A stretch of DNA of 32,000 bases from contig CP060262.1 in assembly GCA_022646745.1 (NCBI GenBank), positions 1,440,001 through 1,472,000 of the forward strand, given 5' to 3'. This document shows, in pieces, positions 7,879 to 15,280 of the stretch (position 1 is its first letter; each line of letters opens with the position of its first letter). The notes below the pieces were generated by a model, which did no database searches, was not told the DNA's origin, and was given only the letters and a program-made list of their open reading frames with translations. The stretch is from Planctomycetales bacterium. GTDB lineage: Bacteria > 4484-113 > JAFGCY01. A program made the position numbers and the translations under genes.

Positions 7879-10218
7879 TCAGTACTGCTGGAAACCGTAG
7901 TTCAGCCTGATCTCACCGAGCAGGTAATCCTTCAGCAGCAGAGGCGCCAGTTCGCTGGCGGGAGGCTTAGAGCCGCCATATTCCACAAGCAGGCCGATCA
8001 GCTCCTGATTGCCACTGCGCAGCGCCAGCTCCATAACACCATTGCTGCTGTCGAACGGAATGTCGTAATCTGCGGCGGAAACATTCGTGTCAGCCCCTGA
8101 TTCCAGCCAGAGCCGGACGTTGTCAAGGTTTGGATGGGCCTGATCTTCTCCGTCCCATGCATATGGATTGTAGTTTGTGGCAATCTTTGACAATTCCTTG
8201 AGTAGACCCTGGCTGAGGAAATCGGTTTTACCCCCTTCTCCCGCAAACTGAATCAGCCGCTCGATTTCCTCATTGTCAGCCTGTTCATTGCTTCTTACAT
8301 ATTGATAGGCCAGGCTGTCCCCAGTCCAGTTCCTCCATTCTGCTGCCCTATTCGCCAACAACACCGCCGCACAGTCAATACTGCCTTTGCTGATTGCGGA
8401 GCTGATGCCATCGTAGTAATTTTCGGGCCAGCTAATCACTTCGTTGTCAAGCAGGTACTGCAATGCTGCTGGCGAATCATACTCAATACATATCTGGATT
8501 GTTTTCGGTTGCAGGTGACGCTCGTCGTCAGCGACTTCCAGATCAGCGCCATGGCGGTCCAGCAGCTCAAGTGCTTCCACATCATCAAGCTCACAGGCCA
8601 CACGCACGGCGGTGAAGTAAAAAGGCATCTGGGAGACAACCCCAAACTTCAGTTGATTCTCATCCAGTGCGTCGTCAATGAACCCGTCTGGATCCCGGCC
8701 GCCAGCCAGCTGGTCCTCCAGTAGTTCATGCTTTCCCATGAGCACGAAGTCCCGCAGCTCTGCATCTGCACCAAGCTTCAGCAGCAGGTCGAACGTTTCA
8801 TTCTGGCCCAGCATGGCTGCCATGCTGCAGGCGCGCGTTCGTTCCAGGTCGGATGCATCGTCGTAAAGGGATTTCACAAGCTCCACATTTCCCAGTCCGG
8901 ACGCTTCCTGGATACCGATGGCAACGCTTCTCTCCAGCAGTGCATCACGCAGCTTGTCAAAACCTTCAAGCATGGAAACACCCAGCAGTGTCTTTCCATA
9001 TGGCATCCGGGCATCAAGCCTGAAACCCAGTTCTTCCCACTCGTCAAGTGGATTATCGCCATTTTGCAATGACTCTTCGATCTCTTCTGCAGAACTGATG
9101 ATGAAATAGCCAGGGTATCCCTGGATGTCTGCATTGTCCCAATCAGCTAGCGGGTCGTAGCCAATTTCGGCAAACGCCTGAAGAACCTCAAGATATGGAG
9201 TGAGCACCAATTGCGCCTGCACGGGATTCAATCCCTGCTTACCAGTAGAAGTAGTAAAGTCCGCACCACTGGACTGGAGGAATTCCAGGATATCAACAAT
9301 GCTGTCATGTTCGTCAGGGATACCGAATGTCAGTGACCATGATTCATCAGGGAAGAGAATTCCCATGAAAGTCTCGCTTAGACTGAAACTGCCAACCAAT
9401 GTGTTGGGCAATTCGTCGCTTTCATACTCCTTAGTGCTTTCCCGCAGCTCAATGGTCAGGCCCTTGTCAATCATCACCTGCATCATTTCTGTGCTGTGCA
9501 ATGCTTCGTCAAACATGAACGGCTCCATCCTGATGTCGCCAAAACGGACCAGCATGTGACGCAGGTAATCAGGGTTGGAGCTGAAGCAGGCCTTCCTGAT
9601 CATCTCTGCGAAGACGAACTCCTCAGGCCTGTCTGCAAGCAGATAATCCAGCATCTGCGGGTTGGGTGAGTAATCCAGGTCCTGGATTCTCCAGTCATCT
9701 GAATTCGTGTAAGTGATCTTCAGGCCATTCTCGACAAGTACCGCCAGCACTTTGTCATCCATGCCACGGCAGGCCAGTTCCAGCGTCAGTTCGTCACTGC
9801 CGGGCAGGCCGTAGTCGCGGTTGTCATCCGCATCCAGCAGCAGCTTGATGATCGGGATATTGCCTTTGCGCACGGCGAAGTGCAACGCTGTCAAATCGCC
9901 AATCTGGGCGGCTGCCTGCCGGCCATCCGCAATCAGCTGCCGGACTGTGTCGCTGTCATCTGCATCGGTGGCGCGGATGAAGGCCAGGGCATCCTGCTGC
10001 TCCTCAGTCATGTCCTGAACAGGCAGCTCATCCAGCAGGCTGGCAATCTCATCCATGCTGCGAGGCTCGTAACGGATCTCACCAGCCACCGGTGGCCTGG
10101 CATTCACAGTATTCTGTGCGCTCTGTTTCCGTGCATTGCCGCTGTCATTGCTGCAGCCGGCCAGCAGAGGGGCTAGCGCGCTGCACAGCGCAAGCCTGCT
10201 CAGCAGATTCTGTCCCAT
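7879..10218 (-). CDS. Ankyrin-repeat-containing lipoprotein (779 aa), compositionally atypical
   Basis: Lipoprotein signal: MGQNLLSRLALCSALAPLLAGCSND. ANK-like units include LTALHFAVRKGNIPIIKLLLDADDN, ETFDLLLKLGADAELRD, DDVEALELLDRHGADLEV and MELALRSGNQELIGLLVEYGG. Two 60-nt samples inside the gene (8401-8460, 9301-9360) count 48% and 47% GC. Samples in other genes count 58% (7441-7500) and 67% (12001-12060). Confidence 0.75.
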   Translation of the reverse strand: MGQNLLSRLALCSALAPLLAGCSNDSGNARKQSAQNTVNARPPVAGEIRYEPRSMDEIASLLDELPVQDMTEEQQDALAFIRATDADDSDTVRQLIADGRQAAAQIGDLTALHFAVRKGNIPIIKLLLDADDNRDYGLPGSDELTLELACRGMDDKVLAVLVENGLKITYTNSDDWRIQDLDYSPNPQMLDYLLADRPEEFVFAEMIRKACFSSNPDYLRHMLVRFGDIRMEPFMFDEALHSTEMMQVMIDKGLTIELRESTKEYESDELPNTLVGSFSLSETFMGILFPDESWSLTFGIPDEHDSIVDILEFLQSSGADFTTSTGKQGLNPVQAQLVLTPYLEVLQAFAEIGYDPLADWDNADIQGYPGYFIISSAEEIEESLQNGDNPLDEWEELGFRLDARMPYGKTLLGVSMLEGFDKLRDALLERSVAIGIQEASGLGNVELVKSLYDDASDLERTRACSMAAMLGQNETFDLLLKLGADAELRDFVLMGKHELLEDQLAGGRDPDGFIDDALDENQLKFGVVSQMPFYFTAVRVACELDDVEALELLDRHGADLEVADDERHLQPKTIQICIEYDSPAALQYLLDNEVISWPENYYDGISSAISKGSIDCAAVLLANRAAEWRNWTGDSLAYQYVRSNEQADNEEIERLIQFAGEGGKTDFLSQGLLKELSKIATNYNPYAWDGEDQAHPNLDNVRLWLESGADTNVSAADYDIPFDSSNGVMELALRSGNQELIGLLVEYGGSKPPASELAPLLLKDYLLGEIRLNYGFQQY

Positions 10219-10295
10219 GCATAGATTCTACTGCAGCCCAGACTGGAATGCCAATCCAGACTTTGAGCACCCAGCAGCGCATACAATCCGCTGTG

Positions 10296-11420
10296 ATGTC
10301 CAAAAAACCCCTTGCCTGGCGCATTGCTGGCCTCGTCATCGTCCCGCTGCTGATCGTATCCATCTATCTGCTGGCCCGGGCTCAGCGCCCGCTGGCCAGG
10401 CCGGCTGTTGCCAGCGAGGGCATTTCCCGGCCGGGCCATGTTGTCAGTGAAGTGGGAACGGACGCCTGGTGCATCCATCAGGACACGGATGGCACCTACT
10501 GGCTGGGTTGCACGGCCAGCGGCCTGTACCGGATTGACGGTCAGGAAATCACTAACTACACGGAAGCCGACGGCCTGGCTGGTAACAATGTGCGCGGCAT
10601 CACTGGCGACGGCTCCGGCGGCCTGCTGATCACCACGAGCAAGGGGCTCTCCCGCTTTGATGGGCAGCGCTTCTCGCTGCTTGAACCGGTCGATTATGGT
10701 GACGACTGGAGCAGTCTCAAGCCAGGGCCGAAGCAGATCTGGTTGATATTGGACCCTGCGAGGAATAATCCCTGCCTGTTTGATGGCGACAAGTTGATTA
10801 GCCTGCATTTGCCGCCGACTCCCGGACTGGAGGAATTCCGCAGGCGCAACCCGAATGTCGGCTATGACCCGGCCGGTGTCTACACCATCCATACGGACCG
10901 CAGTGGCAATGTCTGGTTCGGTACCGCCTCGCTTGGAGCCTGCCGCTGGGATGGCCACGAGTTCAGCTGGCTGTACGAGGACGAACTGGTGAACCCCCCG
11001 GGTGGTGGCAATTTCGGCCTGCGCTCCATCTTCGAGGACCGGGATGGCAGGTTCTGGATCTGCAACACACGGCAGCGCTTTGTGTTCTCCGCTGATTCAA
11101 GAGGAGAAGCTGGATTCCAGCAGCTTGTCTATGACAGAGAGCCAGGCCTGCCGGATGCCGCCACTGACAATGCGGATAACTTCAGCTACTTCGCCTCAGT
11201 CGCACAGGATCCGGACGGCTCGCTGTGGCTGGCCTGCGGCACTGACGGAGTCTGGCAGTATGCCGCCGGCCAGGTGCAAAAGTACCTGATTGGTGATGGC
11301 GTGTTCGCCATGACTGTCTACCGTGACAATGCGGCCCGCACCTGGGTGGGCACAGGCGAGCACGGCCTGTACTGGCTCGATGGTGAAACGCTCAGGCCCT
11401 TCAGCCCGGACAGCCTGTGA
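10296..11420 (+). CDS. Membrane-anchored beta-propeller protein with two-component-regulator-propeller-like repeats and no kinase or output domain
   Basis: Start at ATG 10296 (MSKKPLAWRIAGLVIVPLLIVSIYLLARA, an N-terminal TM anchor). Recurring blade motifs: YWLGCTASGLYRIDG, LLITTSKGLSRFDG, VWFGTASLGACRWDG, LWLACGTDGVWQY, TWVGTGEHGLYWLDG. The ORF-track start at 10092 would overlap the divergent ankyrin gene and adds Cys/Arg-rich nonsense. Confidence 0.75.
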   Translation: MSKKPLAWRIAGLVIVPLLIVSIYLLARAQRPLARPAVASEGISRPGHVVSEVGTDAWCIHQDTDGTYWLGCTASGLYRIDGQEITNYTEADGLAGNNVRGITGDGSGGLLITTSKGLSRFDGQRFSLLEPVDYGDDWSSLKPGPKQIWLILDPARNNPCLFDGDKLISLHLPPTPGLEEFRRRNPNVGYDPAGVYTIHTDRSGNVWFGTASLGACRWDGHEFSWLYEDELVNPPGGGNFGLRSIFEDRDGRFWICNTRQRFVFSADSRGEAGFQQLVYDREPGLPDAATDNADNFSYFASVAQDPDGSLWLACGTDGVWQYAAGQVQKYLIGDGVFAMTVYRDNAARTWVGTGEHGLYWLDGETLRPFSPDSL

Positions 11421-14400
11421 TCAGATGCCGTCAGACAGGCTGAACTGTCCGATGCCGGTCAGCTCAGTCGGGTCCAGCAGCCGGCTGAAGTGGCGTGCAT
11501 TGCTTTCATGGCCCAGCACCGTGACGTACACATCACCGCTGTCGGCATCAGGCGGGACGATCACGCTGATTTCCGTATTGCTCCATGCGCTGACCGTGGC
11601 CAGGGTGCTGCCACCACCTTCGCTGCGGAAGCTGACGAAGCTGTCCTCCTGCAGCACTCCGAACTTGTCGCCGCTGAGCACGACAGTCTGTCCGGGATAG
11701 CCGCGAGGTTGAGTCAGGCCCAGCAGGAAGGGATCGGCATCCAGCACCTCGATGTCATCCAGGCTCCAGCCGTTGCCAGCCTGGCTGTTGCCATCGGAGT
11801 CAAACAGGAACAGCAGGCGGAAGGGCTGCTGGGACATCCCGTCCAGGTTGAACAGCAGCGGCTGGTAACCCGCACTGTCATTGCGCTGCTCGAACAGGTT
11901 GGCTTCCAGCACCTCTGTGCCGTCATAGCGCACCATGTAGACCACTGCACGGTCGCCATTCGAGGCATCGACATCGAGGCTGTGGTGCAGGCGGATCCGC
12001 GGCCGGACTGTCGCACTCAGGTCGATCAGCGGGCTGTACAGCCAGCCCAGCGCATCGTTGCCATAGTCGCCACCGCCATCCGGTCCGAAGTAGGCATGGT
12101 TCAACCCGCGCCAGGGGGCCTGCGTGCCCGTGCGCCAGCGCAGCGGGTCAGCGCCGATGCGGAACCACTCGCCATCCGGCTGGCCGTTGTCAGTCCCACC
12201 GAGGTCGACCACATCCTCGAAATCCTCCAGCCAGCCGGGGCCGGCCACGGGGTTCACCACACTGAGCACGACGCTGTCCTCGGCGGCCAGGTCGTCCAGC
12301 CCGCCGTTGTCACTTTCGTCGTCATAGGCCCGCGCGCGCAGCAGCACCGTGCCAGTGCCCGTCTGGCGGCTGTCCCAGCTTGCCGTGAATGTCTTCGTTG
12401 GGTTCTCCAGGTCATTGTCCGGGATGCTGTCAAACAGCACCGGCGGAGCGCCGACCGGCAGGCCGATCAGCTCGACCGCCACTGTGTCATCGCTCAGCGT
12501 CAGCTGCACATCCACGATCCCGTCCACGCTGGCAGCCGCCAGCGGGCTGTCAATGCTGACGGTCGGCGGCGTGCCCTCCGGCACGGTGATGTGCACGTCG
12601 TCAATCCACATCCCGCCGGCCTGGTTGCCGCCATTGCAGTCGATCACCCAGAAGATGCGCACCTCCGCTCCACAGAACGGTGTCAGGTCAAAGCTGTAGC
12701 TGTCCCAGTCCGGGTTGCCACCGCCGAAGAAGCCGTCCCCGGCGTAGGTCTCGTCATCAGCGGTGATGAACAGGAAGCCGCCGTCGTTGGCCATCCGGTG
12801 CAGGTAGTTGAACTCGAGAGACGCGCTGGCGAAGCCGGTCAGGTCGATCACCGGCGCGTACAGCCAGTCATTGCTGTTCGGGGCGTAGTTGGCCGTACTG
12901 CCACTGGAGTGCATCGAAGGGGTGGCATCGCCGCCGTCTGAGTTGTCAGCACCCCAGATTGTGTTGTTCGTGCCGGCGTTGCCATCCAGCACGGACCAGC
13001 CCGCCGGCAGTGTGTCATCCGCGAGGCCGTCGAAGCCCTCCTGCCACTCCGGCACGATGTGCGCATTGTCACAGCTGACATGCAGCGGCAGGCTGATGAT
13101 GTGCCCGACATCGTCCGTCACCGTGGCCGTGATGGTCTGCCCGCCGTTGAACTCAAACGCGCTGTCCCAGTTCAGTTGCCAGAACCCGCCACTCTCCGCT
13201 ATCACGGTGCCGAGGTGCCGCGTCGGGGTTTCGAAGGACACCTTGAGGATGTTGCCGCTGCCGCCCGTGATCTCGAGCTGCAGGTCCGTCAGGCCGCTGA
13301 CGGTCGCTCCCTCCAGCGGGCTGGCCCAGCTGACAACCGGCGCTTCATAGGGCCCGGCATCGTACAGCTTGATCGCCTCCCAGACGTTCACGAAGCGCAC
13401 CGTGCCGTTGGTGTCGTTGTCAATGAAGCCGCGCGGGTTGGCGCCGTTGTTCACATGGTCCATCACGGTGGCGCTGCCCTGCAGCATGCCGCGCACCTCA
13501 TGGTTGCTGCTGTCCGGCCCCATATGCGCCCACAACAGCGCCGCACAGCCCGCCACGTAGGGGCAGGCGAAGCTGGTGCCGGCGCCGCTTGCGCCGTAGG
13601 ATGTGTCCGAACCGTTCGATGTCGAGCGCACCTGCACGCCGGGGGCCGCGATGTCCACCCAGCTGCCGTAGTTGGAGAAGTTGGCGCGCGCGTCGTAACG
13701 ATCGGCGGTCGGGATCTCGCCGTCAACCTGGCTGAAGTCCTGGTCGTTGGAGTCGTTGACAAGCGTGGTCGCACCGACCCCGAGGCATTCAGGGTAGTAA
13801 GCCGGGTAGAACAGCCCGCCCCAGTTGTTGTTGCCGGCCGCCACCACCACCAGCACCCCGTCGCTGTCGCACTGCTTGGCCGCCAGCTGCATGATGCGGT
13901 CCGGGAAGTCCCCGCCGAGCGACATGCTGATGATGTCCGCGCCGAGGTAGTCCGCCAGCAGCATGCCCTCCGCCACCTGGGTCTCGCTGCCGCTGCCGCC
14001 GCCGCTGAGCACCTTGACCGGCAGGATGCTGACCTGCTGGTTGGCACCGGCCAGCCCAAGCCCGTTGTTGCCGACGGCGCCGACGATGCCGGAGCAGTAG
14101 GTGCCGTGGCCGTGGTCGTCAAACGGGTCGTTGTCCTTGTTGATCACGTCCGTCAGGATGCCCGGCTCGTTGTAGGGAAACTCCGCGGCGGGCTCGATCG
14201 CGTTGTCAGCGAGGTCCTCATGCGTGTAGCGCACGCCGGTGTCCACCACCGCCACCACGACGTCATGGCTGCCGACCCCGCTGTCCCAGGCCTGGCCGTC
14301 GATCGCGCCGATGCGCCAGTTGGCCCAGGTGCCGCCGTCGCTGCCGCTCAGGTTCAGGTGCATCGGGTCATTCGGGGCAGCGCTGGTGCTGCGGTTAAGC

Positions 14401-15092
14401 TCGCCCATGCGCTGTGGTGCAGCCGGTGAGGACTGGATCACCTGCTGGATGCGCTCCTGATCCAGCGGCACCGGCTCAGTTTCCACCGTCTGGCTGATGT
14501 CCAGGTAGAAGTCGTAGGTCACCTCGCGCACCAGGCCCTTGTTCTCGCTGAGCAGCTTCTGCATCAAGGCATCGAGCTGGCTGACATCCGCCAGGCCCGG
14601 CACCTCGTAAGCGGTGAAATTGACATCCCTGTAGAACACGCGGCCGAACTCACTGAGGCCGTAATGCTGGGCGAAGTTGTGACTGACGCGGCGGTAGAAG
14701 GGATGGTCCACCAGCGGGTGGTTGTCCGTCGCCCGCCTGAGGTCCGCCTGCGCCCCGCCGCCCATGTACTGCTGCTGCACCGCCGGGTCGGGCTGGTTCT
14801 CCCAGACGACCACGAGGCGGTTGGCGGCGAAGTCCTGTCCGGCCCGCGCCGTGCGCCGAGGCAGTTCCAGCTCGGCCTCCGGGTCGGCTGCATTGCGCAA
14901 TCCGGCGAGGTTGGCCGGCTCACCGGGCAGGGCCAGCATGCCGGGGTCATCCACGAGGCCGGTGCTGCCTGCATCGTTGCCGAACACCGGGGCACTGCCT
15001 GCATCCGGTTCAGCACTGAGCTGCTGCTGCGAGGCGCATGCGCCGATCAACAGCACAAACAGGATCATAGGAGTGAAGATGCTTCGTTTCAT
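11421..15092 (-). CDS. Large exported S8 subtilisin-family serine peptidase lipoprotein with C-terminal beta-sandwich domains and an IPT/TIG-like domain
   Basis: Catalytic triad motifs appear in D-H-S order: VVVAVVDTGVRYTHEDL, DHGHGTYCSGIVGAVGNNG, GTSFACPYVAGCAALLW, plus the oxyanion-Asn region VVVAAGNNNWG. There are two MAM or choice-of-anchor-J-like segments (SNDWLYAPVIDLTGFASASLEF...MWIDDVHI and LGWLYSPLIDLSATVRPRIRL...GWSLDDIEV). The C-terminal IPT/TIG-like segment is GYPGQTVVLSGDKFG...VYVTVLGHESN. The start is taken at ATG 15092 (MKRSIFTPMILFVLLIGACASQ, lipoprotein signal), not 15194. Confidence 0.9.
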   Translation of the reverse strand: MKRSIFTPMILFVLLIGACASQQQLSAEPDAGSAPVFGNDAGSTGLVDDPGMLALPGEPANLAGLRNAADPEAELELPRRTARAGQDFAANRLVVVWENQPDPAVQQQYMGGGAQADLRRATDNHPLVDHPFYRRVSHNFAQHYGLSEFGRVFYRDVNFTAYEVPGLADVSQLDALMQKLLSENKGLVREVTYDFYLDISQTVETEPVPLDQERIQQVIQSSPAAPQRMGELNRSTSAAPNDPMHLNLSGSDGGTWANWRIGAIDGQAWDSGVGSHDVVVAVVDTGVRYTHEDLADNAIEPAAEFPYNEPGILTDVINKDNDPFDDHGHGTYCSGIVGAVGNNGLGLAGANQQVSILPVKVLSGGGSGSETQVAEGMLLADYLGADIISMSLGGDFPDRIMQLAAKQCDSDGVLVVVAAGNNNWGGLFYPAYYPECLGVGATTLVNDSNDQDFSQVDGEIPTADRYDARANFSNYGSWVDIAAPGVQVRSTSNGSDTSYGASGAGTSFACPYVAGCAALLWAHMGPDSSNHEVRGMLQGSATVMDHVNNGANPRGFIDNDTNGTVRFVNVWEAIKLYDAGPYEAPVVSWASPLEGATVSGLTDLQLEITGGSGNILKVSFETPTRHLGTVIAESGGFWQLNWDSAFEFNGGQTITATVTDDVGHIISLPLHVSCDNAHIVPEWQEGFDGLADDTLPAGWSVLDGNAGTNNTIWGADNSDGGDATPSMHSSGSTANYAPNSNDWLYAPVIDLTGFASASLEFNYLHRMANDGGFLFITADDETYAGDGFFGGGNPDWDSYSFDLTPFCGAEVRIFWVIDCNGGNQAGGMWIDDVHITVPEGTPPTVSIDSPLAAASVDGIVDVQLTLSDDTVAVELIGLPVGAPPVLFDSIPDNDLENPTKTFTASWDSRQTGTGTVLLRARAYDDESDNGGLDDLAAEDSVVLSVVNPVAGPGWLEDFEDVVDLGGTDNGQPDGEWFRIGADPLRWRTGTQAPWRGLNHAYFGPDGGGDYGNDALGWLYSPLIDLSATVRPRIRLHHSLDVDASNGDRAVVYMVRYDGTEVLEANLFEQRNDSAGYQPLLFNLDGMSQQPFRLLFLFDSDGNSQAGNGWSLDDIEVLDADPFLLGLTQPRGYPGQTVVLSGDKFGVLQEDSFVSFRSEGGGSTLATVSAWSNTEISVIVPPDADSGDVYVTVLGHESNARHFSRLLDPTELTGIGQFSLSDGI

Positions 15093-15280
15093 TGCTTTTC
15101 CAGCCAGTCGGACAGGCATGCTTGCCTGCCCTTTACAATTCTTCCACAAATTACATGCTACTTCAAATTGAGATGAAACCGACCGCCGGTACACAATTAA
15201 TGATTGGTATGTGTCACCATAAAATCCGGTAAAATCAGGGTGTTTACCCGTATTCCACGCTGAAACCAGAGGAATTCCTC

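Noticed and set aside
10092-10295. The N-terminal 68 codons of ORF 10092..11420
   Set aside because: This extension overlaps the 5' end of the divergent ankyrin gene and translates to Cys/Arg/Ser-rich sequence. The ATG at 10296 gives a clean positively charged N-terminus plus a TM anchor.
15093-15194. The upstream start (15194) for the S8 peptidase, and the upstream start (29131) for nuoH
   Set aside because: The internal ATG at 15092 yields a canonical lipoprotein signal peptide. The ATG at 29209 abuts the nuoD stop, and the 29131 extension lies wholly inside nuoD in another frame.
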